Source: Torpedo marmorata
Taxonomy: Eukaryota
Length of the DNA: 64,000 bases
Reading direction: 5' to 3'
NCBI GenBank assembly: GCA_977017645.1
Contig: OZ360226.1
Location: 133,300,001-133,364,000, forward strand
The position numbers and the translations under genes were made by a program. Below the pieces are notes generated by a model. The model was not told the origin of the DNA, searched no databases, and saw only the letters and a program-made list of their open reading frames with translations. Shown here one piece after another: positions 35,280 to 49,100 of the stretch. The stretch's first letter is position 1; every line of letters starts with the position of its first letter.

Positions 35280-36120
35280 TTAAGTTTATTATCATCTGAT
35301 TGCACAAGTACAACTCGATGAAACAGCGTTCTCCAGTCCTCGGTGCAAAACATGCAGACACACAACCAGACATAAGACACATACAGACAAATAATACATA
35401 TGCAGGACAAATATAGAGATAACAAAATAAATAAACATTGTTTCGTAAATATTAGAGTCTCGGATGGTTAGTGTGAGGAGTTCCTTTGGATGTTCAGCAT
35501 TCTCACTGCCCGCGGTAAGAAGCTGTTTCTCAACCTGGTGATGCTGGCTCTGATACTCCTGACGGCAGTAGCTGAAAGATGCTGTGTGCAGGGTGGTAGG
35601 GGTCCTCAATGATCCCGGTAGATCATGTTGATGGGGGAGTGGGAGACCCCAGTGATCCTCTCTGCCACTCTTGTGGTCCTGTGGATGGTCCTGTGGATTG
35701 ACCTTTGATCCAATTTTTCTACAGCAACCGTACCACACTGTGATGCAGCCGGCCAGGATGCTCTCGATAAAGCTCCTGTAGAAAGTTGACATGAAGGTGG
35801 CCGGTAGCCTTGCCCGCTTCAGTCTTCTCAGGAAGTGCAGTCCCTGTTACGCCTTCCTGATAAGTGAGGAGAAGAGTGTCCATGATAGGTCACTTGTTAA
35901 GTGAACTCCAAGGAACTTGGTGCTCTCTACTCTCCACTATTGAGTTATTGATGTGTAGTGGAGGGTGGTTGTTCCTGGTCCTCCTGAAGTCCATGATCAT
36001 CTCCTTCATCTTGTCCATATTCAGACTCTGATTGTTACTCTTGCACTATATCATGAGATTTTCCACCACTTCTCTGTAGTGCGACTAACCATTGTTGCTG
36101 ATGAAGCCAACTACTGTTGC
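35280..36120 (-). mobile_element. Rex1-like LINE 3' part
   Basis: STFYRSFIESILAGCITVWYG in ORF 35292..35792; tail GATAATAAACTT. Confidence 0.8.
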
Positions 36121-36914
36121 CAACTATTTGTCTTTAAACCATGAAGAAAGTCACACTCCTGACAAAGCCAGCTATTTTAAATATCTCTACTGAATGTCAA
36201 AATGTGAGGACTTCTGTGGAACTGATCTTCCCAAGTTCTGTGGCTGAACACTAGCTTTTCATGCAAAAATATGGAGCCTTCAGCACAATTCCACAGGTGT
36301 TCCAGGCTGTATTAATATCAACCTGATAAATTTCACAAACATCGTCAAAGACCAGCTGTCTTTTCTCACTTAAATTTGAACTGGAGGTTTTTGGCAGTTT
36401 TTTGCTACGGCTTGACATTTCACTAGAATGACAATTTCACAATAAAACTAAAACTGAGCATATTCGTGATTTAAGTTTACAATTTTTAATTTTTGTTCCT
36501 AATTCATTTGACAGTCCAATATAAAGAAATGTATATTATTTCCCTAAGTAACATATGATGATTTGAAGTTGTGCTTCAGTAATGACTAGTTTTGATAAAT
36601 CCTTAACCCTATATGTTTTTTGGAAGAATGCAATTTATTTTTAAATATGTTCATTAATATGATGAGTTTATTGTCATGTACATTGTAATATATAGATATG
36701 TAGAGAAAGAGATACCACAATTCTTGCAGCCAAAGAGCTAATTGTAAAAAAAAAACACTAACAAACTTAACCGAATTAAAAGAGACAATAAATACACAAG
36801 ATAAATACAGTAATCATAGTGGAAAAAGGTGACTTGCAGTAGTGCAAACAGTCCTTTTGTTCTGTCAGAGCAGGCCATGGTTGGTGTAACATGGGGAGGT
36901 TCACGAGTCTGATA

Positions 36915-37118
36915 GGGAAGAATGGACTAGACAGTCTCAGAGAGACATCTGCGAAAAACTGATAGGAGTGAGAAGGGGAAGATGTGGCTGGTAGTGGGAT
37001 TGCACTGAAGTTGGCAGAAGTATCAGAGAATGTGTTAGATGCAGAGGCTGGTGGGGTGGAAAGTGAGGACCAGAGGGATTCTGTCCTTGTTCTGCCTGGC
37101 TGGAGGTAGGATGAGGTG
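36915..37118 (-). mobile_element. Penelope-like fragment split by Gypsy B (continues at about 42736-42810)
   Basis: Similar to 34200-34400; continuity across the TSD AGGTG. Confidence 0.55.
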
Positions 37119-40100
37119 TGTCATGTATTCTATGTTGAAATGCACTGCAGACAAAGGCATGAAAAGGGCATCAATCATCCCGGTACCCAAGAAGAGTAGT
37201 GTGGGCTGTCTCAACGACTACCGCCCAGTAGCACTAACTTCTACTGTGATGAAATGCTTTGAGAGGCTGGTCATGGCCAGAATTAACACATACCTAAGCA
37301 AAGATCTGGACCCACTGCAATTTGCCTATCGCCACAATCGCTCCACAGCAGATGCAATATCGCTGGCTCTCCACTCAGCTCTGGATCACCTCGAAAACAG
37401 CAATTCATACATACGGTTGCTCTTCATCGACTACAGCTCGGCCTTCAATACCATTATTCCCTCAGTGCTGGTCGAGAAGCTACAAACTCTAGGCCTCTGT
37501 ACCCCCCTCTGCAACTGGATCCTTGACTTTCTCATCGGAAGACCACAGTCAGTACGAATTGGAAACAACGTCTCGTCCTCACTGATTATCAACACAGGCG
37601 CACCCCAAGGATGCGTGCTTAGTCCACTGCTCTACTCGTTATACACTCATGACTGTGTGGCCAGGCACAAATCCAATGCCATATACAAGTTTGCCGATGA
37701 CACCACAGTTGTCGGCAGAATCACAAACGGCAATGAGGAAGCGTACAGGAGGGAGATAGATCAGCTCGTTGAATGGTGTAATTGACAACAACCTTGAGCT
37801 CAACGTCAGCAAAACCAAGGAGATGATTGTGGACTTCCGGAGGAAGTCAGGGGAACACGGCCCAGTCCTCATCGAGGGCTCAGTCGTGGAGAGGGTCAAG
37901 AACTTCAAATTCCTGGGTGTCAACATCTCTGAGGATCTGTCCTAGAGCATCCACGTGGATGCAATCACAAAGAAGGCTCGTCAGCGGCTATACTTTGTGA
38001 GGTGTCTGCGGAGATTCGGTATGTCACCAAAGACTCTCGTAAACTTCTACAGGTGTACCGTGGAGAGCATTCTGGCTGGTTGCATCACTGCCTGGTATGG
38101 TGGCGCCAACTCCCAGGACAAGAGAAAACTCCAGAAGGTTGTTAACTCGGCCTGTGACATCACAGGCACCAAACTTCACTCCATCGAGGACATCGACATG
38201 AGGCAGTGTCTTAAAAAATCAGCCTCTATCCTCAAGGACCCCCACCACCCAGGCCATGCCCTCTTCACTCTGCTACCACCGGGAAAAAGGTACAGGAGCC
38301 TAAAGACGAGCACTCAACGGCACAAGGACAGCTTCTTCCCCGCTGCCATCAGATTCGTGAATAATCAATGAACCATAGACACTACCTTACTTTTCGTGCA
38401 CTATAGTTTATAATTTTTTATAGTAATGTCGTTAGATGGTTAATATGAATGTTAATTGCACTATGATGCTGCCGCAAAACACCGAATTTCATGACTTGCT
38501 CATGACAATAAATTCTGAGTCTGATTCTGATGATGCTTTGTTAGTCGTTTAATACAAATCTGAAAATGGTTCTCCCGCCACACACAGTATATATCAGTCA
38601 GAACGTCATCACATCGACGTGATGATGTCATACGCCTACAAGCGTATACATACATAACACTCTTTCCCCCCCCCACAAAATAAATGCTTGTGAAATATAT
38701 ATATATATATGTGTGTGTGCAGTATTTATAATAAACTGCAATAACTATGTGTGGGTGCAGTATTTAGGCGTAATACATGGTGCCTCTAGACTAATGGTGA
38801 TTACAATTACAATGTAACTTAAGTATAAAAATGATAAAATGTTAAGTTACTGAACATAGTCTTTCAGTCGTTCTGGCAGACGTTTTTCCCGTTTTGATCG
38901 TCTCAGAGAGGTCGACTCTGTCGGGATATTTTGCGGACTCTTCGCCTTTTGGGGTGGTATCTCGGTTGGTGGCAAGGGCTGTGAACTTGATCTTTGGCGA
39001 ACCACACTCGGCTGTTGTATAGGACTGGGTTGTTGAAGAGGACTGCTCTGTTGAGGGCTGCTCAGTTGAGGAGGGGTCTCCCTTCTCACGGATATTTCTG
39101 GAGCCCAGGGAATTTCATCTGGAAGCTCATCGGGATCTTGAGCCGAAGGCGTGGCCATAGGATCATCTACTGCTCTTAACTGGTCGATGTGTCATTTCCA
39201 TGTTTTAGTTCACCAGTATAGAATAAGAACAGGGACTTAGTTTTTTAAGAATAACCCCTCTTATCCACGGCTCCTTGGGGTCTCGGTAATCCCGTACCAG
39301 TACTCGCTCTCCCACTTCTAGAGATCTGGTAGGTTTACTTGGAGACGTGGATTGCTGTATGCGAAGGCCGATGTTCGGATGTACTGTAGAAAGTCTTGTT
39401 CTTAAGTTACGTCCAAACATTAATTCAGCCGGTGTTCTTTTGGTTGTAGAGTGGGGCGTGTTTCTATATCCTAATAGGAAATCTGCGATTTTGTGATTCC
39501 ATGATGTGTTTAGGAGTTTTTTTAGTTTTCGTAGCTTTTTTGAAATTTGCACAAAACGTTCTGCTTCTCCATTAGTGCTGGGGTGGTAGGGTGCAGATAA
39601 GACATGTCGTATATTATTATTACGTAGGAATACTTTAAAAGCATCTGATACAAACTGTGGACCATTATCGAAAACCAGTTCAATAGGCAATCCATATAAC
39701 GCAAATATACTTCGTAGTCTTTCAATGGTCTGGTCTATTGTTGTTTTTTTCATGTGGGATACCACTGGCCATTTAGTGTGTGCATCGACAACAATGAGGA
39801 AGTTTTCTCCCATAAATGGACCAGCGAAATCAATGAGAATTCTGTGCCATGGTTGCGATGGCCATTTCCATGGATTAGCTTCGGCTTGAGGAGCTTTGGG
39901 TTGCCTATCTTGACAAATGCCACATCTTCTTACTGTTTGTTCAACATCAATGCCTATTGAGGGCCACCAGACATGCATACGTGCCAATGCCTTCATCCGA
40001 ACCATCCCGGGGTGGTTGTTATGGAGTTCGGATAACATGGCCGTCTGCCATTTTGTAGGGATGATTGTTCTGGTCCCCACAATAAACAACCTTCTTCAAT

Positions 40101-42735
40101 CGATATCTCCTGCCGTCGTGTATAATAAGGTCTTAGCTCTTCAGAAATAGCTTCGGCCTCGGGCCATCCATTTAATGTGAAGTACAGGACTTTTGATAGT
40201 TTAGCTTCTTTCTGTACTTCTTTGCTGATCGTCTTTGCCGTAATTGGTAAGCGGTGAAGTTGTTCTTGATTAATAGCTGTAGCTTCTGCCATCCATTTAA
40301 TTATCTCGTCTTTTTGTTCAGTTTCTGGTAGCGGTAAGCGAGACAGAGCATCAGCATGGTTGTTTTGTGTTGCTGGTTTATGTTTCAAATAGTAATTATA
40401 CGCGGCGAGCATCATGGCCCACCTTTGAATTCTGGTTGCAGCTAGCACTGGTATCCCCTTTTTAGGGCCTAAAATCAAACTTAGTGGTTTGTTGTCTGTT
40501 ACTAAGGTAAATTTCCTGCCATATAAGTATTGGTGGAATCGTTTGACACCAAATATTATGGCCAGCCCTTCTTTTTCCAGTTGTGCATAATTACGTTCAC
40601 AAGTCATCAAAGACTGGGAGGCATAAGCCACCGGTTGTTCTCCTTTTTCTGTTATCTGTGACAACACTGCTCCTAATCCTACTGGTGAAGCATCCACCGC
40701 AAGAGTCACTTCTTTTCCTGGGTCGTAGCGGACGAGAACAGTGTCACATGACGTTAATAGTTCTTTCAAGTGATCCACCACGTGACTAGTCTCTTTATTC
40801 CAGCACCATTTTTGGTCTTTTCTCAATAATTGGTTAAGAGGGCTGCATAGAGTTGACATATTTGGGATGTGCTTCCTATAATGGTTAACCAAACCCAGGA
40901 ACGACTGCAATTCGGCGCGATTTGTGGGATAGGGTGCTCTGCGGACAGCTTCGGTACCTACGGTGTCCATTCGGACTCCTTCACTGTTAATTGTAAAGCC
41001 TAAATATGTTACGGAAGGTACCATAAATACACACTTGTCTCGGCGCAGACGGACGTTTGCTTGTTGCAATCTCTGGAGTTCTGATTCAATTTTTTCTTTT
41101 ATAGCAAATGGTACTGTTCTGGGTTTAAAGAACTTTGGTTCCACCTCTGACTTCAGGTGTAATTTTGCCTGGACTCCTTGGATTTTTCCCAGGTTTTTTT
41201 CGAACACCGTCTGGTATTTCTTGAGAACTGGCTCAAGTTGTTGCTTGGCCTTATCTTGCTTGGCCTTATCTTCCAGGCCTAAGTTCATTATGGATCCAAT
41301 TTCTATCCAGTCTAGTTGAATGTGTGACAGCCAGTTCCTTCCGAACAGCACGGGCCCCTTGGTGTCAACGATGTAGAGGGTTAATCTTTTTGGTGTTTGA
41401 TCTTTATATTTCACGTTTACGTTGCCTTTTCCAAACACCTTGACCTTCTCCCCCGTAACTGTTTTTAACACCGTGTCGACCTCTTTAATGGTGAGGTGGG
41501 GTAGCAATCATCTTTTTAAATATAGTGGCATTAATGACACTGCTGCCCCTGTGTCCAACTCCATTCGAAGAGGTTCGTTATTAATTTTCACTTTGACGTA
41601 AAATTCCAATTTTTTTTATCGTTCAATCCGTGAACATACATAACTTGCACTGTCTTGTCTTCTTCCGAGTCATTTGTTTCAGTGCTGGTTCTGGTATTTT
41701 CATCCTTCTCTTCCACCGCCCTTACTCCGGGTGAATGCTTTCCATATTTCAGTCCTGTCTTTCTATCCTTTTTACCTTTGTTTCTTAGACATTTGGATCT
41801 GATGTGACCCTGTTTATCACACAGATGGCATTTTGATCTTTTAAAATAACAATTATCAGGACTGTGATTGCGTTTCCTGCAGCGAAAGCATTCTTGGCGG
41901 TAAAATCTGCCCACCACTAGTGGATCGCCTTGGCTAATGTCCAAGTTATTATCGGCCATTTCGAAACCCAAGGCTGTATCATATGCTGAATCAAGTGTTA
42001 CTTCTTTTTGACTTAGTAATCGTTGTCTGGCACTGCGGTCTGCTAAACCCATTACTAATCGGTCTCTTAAGGCTTCGGTTAAGAATTCACCAAACTCAGT
42101 GTTGTGAAAGTTTACATAATTCAGCCAAAAATTCGCTTACCGATTCGCCTGTTCTCTGTTTTCTGAAGTAAAATCTTTGTCTTTCTGCCATTACAGGTGG
42201 TTTGGGGCTTAGATGTGCCCCTATTATAGCACACAACTCTGCATAACTTTTTGTTCCTGGTCTTCCAGGTGCTATTAAAGATTTTATCAGTTGAAATGTC
42301 TTACTTCCCATTTGGCTTAGAAATAGTGATCGTTTTCGGTTTTCAGTAATATTATAGGCAAGGCAGTGATGATCAAATCGCTCTACATAGTCATACCAGT
42401 TTTCTTCGGAGTCCACGAACTTTCCAAACGGTGTTTCAGCCATTCTGAGTTTTTATCTTTTTCTTTGTTCTTGAGCTTGTGGGGACCACAAGCGTTTCCT
42501 TTTTAGCTTCTTCACTCCAATATTTGGAGCATAGAGGAGGTCCGTTTGAATCCTCGTCGCCAATCTATCATGTATTCTATGTTAAGAAATACACTGCAGA
42601 CAAAGGCATGATGCTTCGTTAGTCGTTTAATACAAATCTGAAAATGGTTCTCCCACCACACACAGTATATATCAGTTAGAACATCATCTTCGACGTGATG
42701 ACGTCATACGCCTACAGGCGTATACATACATAACA
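37119..42735 (-). mobile_element. Mag-like Gypsy element B (two LTRs, RT core deleted)
   Basis: LTRs 37119-38659 (split by Rex1) and 42566-42735; TSD AGGTG; PBS TGGCGACGAGGAT; gag, protease, RH and IN ORFs 42096..42443, 41588..42052, 39993..41507, 39205..40089. Confidence 0.93.
37163..38530 (+). mobile_element. Rex1/Babar-like LINE inserted in the 3' LTR of element B
   Basis: ORFs 37039..37785 and 37955..38371; tail AATAAATTCTGAGTCTGATTCTGA; same family as 17500-19309. Confidence 0.9.
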
Positions 42736-44376
42736 AGGTGGAAGTATGAGAAATGGAGGAGATGAGGGTATGGGCTTGATCAATAAAGTGAGGGAGAATC
42801 CACATTTATTGTATGTATGTATGACTTACTATTTCTTAATTATTTTAGTTATTTCTTTAGTTAGTCATTAATTATGGAGGAAAGTAAGCATTCTTCCTAA
42901 TATTAAATTTCAGTATTGGCATTAATTGGCTAAATGAAGTGTTATTTGTGATCAAGTACGTTGACATTTTTGTGGGTCTGTGACAGATTGAATGCTATCA
43001 TATTTCCCAGGCAAAGTCAGAGAGACTGCGGTGATGTGCTTTTCAATTATCGATACTCTTGGGTTTCAAAGGAAATATTATTTGCAGTTGCTGAAATTTT
43101 ATTTGTAGGTAATATGTGATAAACTTGCCAGAATTGTGCAACCAGGATAAATGTATGAAGCTAGAATATTAAATATTAATGAAGTGCTGATGGATTAACA
43201 TAACAATTTATTAATGTAATGTAATTCCTAAAACTTTAATTTCCAGGCTCTTGCAAAACAACCACTTATGAAACAAACATGATTTAACATTGATGTTTGT
43301 AGATCTAACATCGATGATCAATGCATTTGATTGCAAAAAAAACTAAAACATTTTAAATTTCTACTATATTTTGCTGGTCAAGAACGGGTCCCTTTGCAAA
43401 TCCTGAAGATTATATAGTATATTCAAGTAGGATCGTCCAGATTTTTTACCCAAAGTTGGCACGTTTCTGGCATTCTGTTGAGCAGACCAATACCATTTGA
43501 TGCCTTTGTGTTCGTTAGCAAGAACATGTATGTCTGATAGATGAAAAGAATATGGAAGGGAAGTCTTTGATGTGATGTTAATGAAACATTAAAGATGACT
43601 AAAATCACTTGACCCACATTCCCTTTGAGAATACTTGTAGAGAGGGCTTGAAGACTGCATGCTTTGTGTGTATGTGCTGTTGCGTGCAAACATACGAGGA
43701 AGGGGGGGGGGGTGTCAGTTGTCTTGAAATTATAATGTGTTTGGTTCATAAGTATTTTGAAGATGCCAGCTTACCAAGTGATCCATATGGTTAACACAAT
43801 GCACAAAATTAAAACGAGCTATTTAAAAACTCGAGAAGTTCCAAATCCACGGATGATTTCATCTCAAGATGGCAATAGGAATGCTCCCATGGATTTTGTT
43901 ACCACTTAACAGGCTTTAATCAGCCAGTGCTCTCACTTCTGGTCAGTATTTACTCTATTAACTCAAGTCAGAAAACTTGATTATCTTCAATAACCTGGCA
44001 TTTTAATTGGTGCCTAGCAATTTATCCAATCAGGTTTTCTCTTGGTTATCTCTAGAAATCAATGTACTTTCATTTTCACATTTTACACATTTAAAATTTG
44101 CACCAAATGCTTTGATATTTTGATGTGTTTAATAAGGGTCTCTTTTGTAAACAGCCAATCATACTGAATTTGGGAATATCCAGTGTAAATTTCAAGAAAT
44201 GTGTGCTTGCACAAGTCTCCTTTGTTTATCTATGTTGGAAGTGATTCAAAAAGTTCAATTAGATGTAGGTTATTCTTAAGTTTATTTGGTTGGTCTCTCC
44301 ATCCAACACATTTGCTAAATTAGATGTGTTGGCACTTTGATGCAGACTTTAGGATTTGAGGAGGTAAACATGGTGA

Positions 44377-44963
44377 ACATAGAACATAGAACACAGAACA
44401 CTACAGCATAGTACAGGCCCTTCGGCCCTCGATGTTGTGCCGACCCATATATTTCTTTAAAAAATACTAAACCCTCCCTACCTCGTAACCATCTATTTTT
44501 CTTCCCTCTATTTTTCTTTCATCCATGTGCCTATCTAAGAGTCTCTTAAATGCCCCTAATGTTTCAGCCTCCACCACCATCCCTGGCAAGGCATTCCAGG
44601 CACCCACAACTCTCTGTGTTTTTAAAAAAAAAACCAAAAAAACAACAACCTATCCCTGATGGCTCCCCTAAGCTTCCCTCCCTTTACTTTGTACATATGT
44701 CCTTTGGTGTTTGCTATTCTTGCCCTGGGAAACAGGCGCTGGTTGTCCACCCTATCTATGCCTCTCATAATTTTGTAGATCTCTATTAAGTCTCCTCTCA
44801 TCCTTCTATGCTCCAAAGAGAATAGTCCCGGCTCTGCTATCCTTGCCTCATAAGACTTATTTTCCAACATCCTGGTAAATCTCCTCTGCACCCTCTCTAA
44901 GCTTCCACATCCTTCCTGTAATGAGGTGACCAGAACTGAACACAATACTCCAAGTGTGGTCTC
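44377..44963 (-). mobile_element. CR1 LINE 3' fragment (continues at 55084-55245)
   Basis: PHLEYCVQFWSP..., LERVQRRFTRM, RGDLIEIYKIM; (TTCTATG)n-like tail. Confidence 0.85.
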
Positions 44964-46174
44964 TGTTGTGAACATACGCCAACGTGCGTGTGACATCATC
45001 ACGTATATATATTGTGTGCTGTGGGGGAACCATTTTACAACTACAATAAAGGATGAATGAAGCATCGCAACTCCGTGTGCTAGTGTATTTCTAAGCCTAG
45101 AATACACAACAGATTGGCGACGAGGATCGAAACGAACTCCCTCTATGCTCCGAACGTTAGAGTGAAGATTTAAAAGGGAAACGCAAGACTATCACCACAG
45201 TGAGCCCCACAGGCTCAAGCACATAGAACAAAGGAAAGAAGACTCAAAATGGCAGAAGAACAGTTTGGAAAATTCGTTGACTCAGAAGAAGACTGGTATG
45301 ACTGTCGAAAGATTTGATCAAGACTATCTTGCCCATAATATTACTGACACACCACTTTTGAACCAGAAACGGGCACTGTTTCTGAGCCAAGTGGGAAGCA
45401 AGACATTTAAACTGATGAAATCTCTTTTAGCACCTGAAAGACCAAGCACAAAAACTTATGCAGAATTGTATGCTATAATAGGGTCACATCTATGTCCCAA
45501 ACCACTAGTCATCGCAGAAAGACAAAAATTTTACTTCAAAAAACAGAAAACAGGTGAAATTTTGGCTGAATTAAATAGACTGTCAGAAACCTGTGAGTTT
45601 AGTGCATTCTTAAACGAAGCATTAAGAGACCGGTTAATAATGGGTTTAGCTGACCGCAGTGCCAGACAGCGATTGCTAAGTACAAAAGATGTAACCCTTC
45701 ATTCGGCGTATGACACAGCCTTGAGTTTTGAAATGGCCGATAACAACTTGGACATTGGCCAAGTTGAACCACAGGTGGTGGGAAAACTTTCCAGCCAAGA
45801 ATGTTTTCGCTGCGGAAAAAGCAACCACAGTCCAGATAATTGTTATTTCATAAAATCTAGATGTCATCTACGTTACAAAGAGGGACACATCAGAGCCAAG
45901 TGTCCAAGAAAGAAAGAAAGAAAGTGTCAACAAGAGAAAAAGCGAAGACCTAAATACGAAAAACAGCCCTCTGGAGTAAAAACCGTGGAGGAGAAGGATG
46001 AAACCCCTCGCAGTGAAACTAACAACTCGGAGGAAGACAAGGCAGTGGAAGTAATGTATATTCACGGATTAAAGGATAAGAAATCGGAAATCTACGTCCC
46101 TGTGAAAATCAACAACGAACCTCTTCAAATGGAATTAGACACGGGAGCGGCAGTTTCGTTAATACCACTAAAGT

Positions 46175-49100
46175 AAGATTTACCTATAACTTTAATAGGA
46201 AGGGTAAATTGTATTAAAATGAATATCTTTCCAAGAATTCAATATCTTTTTCAATCAATTCCTTATGAAATTCCTCAAAAACCTTTTAAGGATTTAAATT
46301 TAGTTATTAGGAAATTTTTGTGGAAGGGAAAGTTGGCTAGAGTAGGAATGGAGAAATTAACTTGGAATTATGAAATAGGAGGTTTACAACTTCCCAATTT
46401 TCAAAATTATTATAAGGTAGTTCAATTAAAATTTATTAATGAAATGTTTGATTTAGGAAAATCTTCTGCTTGGATCAGAATAGAATTAAATAATATAGGA
46501 GAGGATTCGAAAGAAGTTGTTATTTATAAATGGAATTCTAAATTACTATTAAGAGGAGGTAAAAACTCTCCTATTTTAAAGCTTTTGTTAGAAATATGGA
46601 AGAAAGTGGATAGGGAGATAGGAGGGAAAGGGTTAATTTCTTGTAAAATGCCTTTATATCAAAATAAACTTATCCCATTTACTATGGATAATCAATTGTT
46701 TAAAATTTGGTTTCAAAAAGGGATTAAAAAAAGTAAATGATTGTTTTGAAGCTAGTAAATTTATCACTTTTCAAAGAATGAAAGAAAAGTTTAATGTATT
46801 AAATAATACACTCTTTGCTTATTATCAAATGAGAGCATTTTTAGTTGAAAAGTTGGGTCATAGTTTAATTTTATCAAGACAAAGTGAATTGGAGTTATTA
46901 GTTAATAATGGGGGTATAAATAAATTTATTTCTTAAATGTATAAATTGTTACAGAAAAAAATGCCTAAACCAGGAATTCATAAATCAAGATTAAAATGGG
47001 AATCAGATTTGAATGTAACAATAGATGAGGAACATTGGAAAGAAATATGTAAACAAAGTATGACTAAAATTATTAATGTTAGATATAGGTTAGTACAATA
47101 TAATTTTTTGCATCAATTATATTTAACGCCTAAGAAACTAAAGAAATTTAACTCGAGATTATCAGATTTATGTTTCAGATGTAATAGAGAAGAAGGTTTT
47201 TTTGTACAATCTACGTGGCTTTGTCCAAAGATAGATGCTTTTTGGTTGAAAGTTAAAAAGCTTTTAGACAAAGTATTAAGAATTACACTCCTAATGAACC
47301 CTATGATATTTCTGTTTGGAGATATTAAAAGAATTAGTATTAAAATGAGATTAAATATGTACCAAATAGAATTTTTGCGAATTGCTTTAGCTGTTTCAAG
47401 GAAATGCATTGCTATTACATGGAAATCTGATGTAGATTTAGGGTTAGAAAGATGGCATGCAAAACTTCGTTCATGCATACCTCTTGAAAAAATTACTTAT
47501 AATTTATATAATAAATATTATTTCTTTTTTTATATATTTTATTTAAAATTTTAAATCACACAGTACGTAGCTTAAACTGCAAAGTTATCAAATTACATGT
47601 GATACATTTTCACCCCCCTTCCTCCCTCCCTCCCTCCCTCCCCTCCCTAACCCTCCCGAAAAGAAAGAAAGAGAGAAGAAAAAGATAAAGTAAGGAGAAT
47701 GTCACTCTAAACAAAACTACTATAACCTAATTTTATAGTGGAACACAGGTCCGCCAGTCAGATCCAGTATGTGGAGATCCTCAAATCCTTAAACCGACAG
47801 CTTTTATATATGGGCTCCATATTTTCAAAAAGAAATGATATTTATTACGTAAATTATAAGTAATTTTTTCAAGTGGTATACATGAACGCAATTCAGCATG
47901 CCATCTTTCTAACCCTAAATCTACATCTGATTTCCATGTAATGGCAATACATTTCTTAGAAACGGCCAAAGCAATACGTAAAAATTCTGTTTGATACATA
48001 TCTAATTTCATTTTAACACTGGTTCCTTTAATATCTCCAAACAAAAATATCATAGGATCCATTGGGAGTGTAATTCTTAATCCTTTGTCCAAAAACTTTT
48101 TAACTTTCAACCAGAAATCCTGCATCTTTGGACAAAGCCATGTAGAATGTACAAAGGAACCTTCCTCACTACTACATCTAAAACATAAACCAGATAATGT
48201 CGGATTAAATTTCTTTAGTCTTTTAGGTGTTAAATATAATTGATGAAAAAAATTATATTGCACCAATCTATATCTAACATTAATAATCTTCGTCATACTT
48301 TGTTTACATAATTCCCTCCAGTGTTCTTCATCTATTGTTACATTCAAATCTGCTTCCCACTTTAATCTTGATTTGTGAATTCCTGGTTTAGGCAATTTTT
48401 TCTGTAACAATCTATACATTTGAGAAATAAATTTAGGAACACCTCCAGTAGTAACTAATAATTCCAATTCCGTCTGTCTTGATAAAATCAAACTATGGCC
48501 CAACCTTTCAACTAAAAATGCTCTGATTTGATAGTAAGCAAAGATTGTATTATTTGCTACATTAAACTTATCCTTCATTCTTTGAAACGTAATAAATTTA
48601 CCAGCTTCAAAACAATCATTTATTTCCTTAATTCTCTTTTGGAACCAAATTTTAAATAATTGATTATCAACAGTAAATGGGATAAGATTATTTTGATACA
48701 GAGGCATTCTTCGAGAGATTGACCCTTTCGCTCCTATTTCTCTATCCACTCTATTCTATATTTCTAACAAATGCCTAAAAATAGGAGAATTTTTCCCTTT
48801 AGTTAATAATAATTTAGAATTCCATTTATAAATGACTTATTCTTTCAAATCCTCTCCTATATTATTTAATTCTATTCTAATCCAAGCAGAGAGTTTCCCT
48901 AAATCAAACAGTTTGTTAATAAATTTTAGTTGGGCTGCTTTATAGTAATATTGAAAATTAGGAAGTTGTAGACCACCCATTTCATAATTCCAGGTTAATT
49001 TCTCCATACCTACTCTAGCCAACTTTCCTTTCCACAAAAATCTCCTAATAATTAAATTTAAATCTTTAAAAAAATTCTGAAGGATTTCATAAAGAATTGA

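Noticed and set aside
39205-41507. Intact or domesticated Gypsy pol
   Set aside because: The RT catalytic core is deleted, there are frameshifts, and the LTRs and TSD are retained
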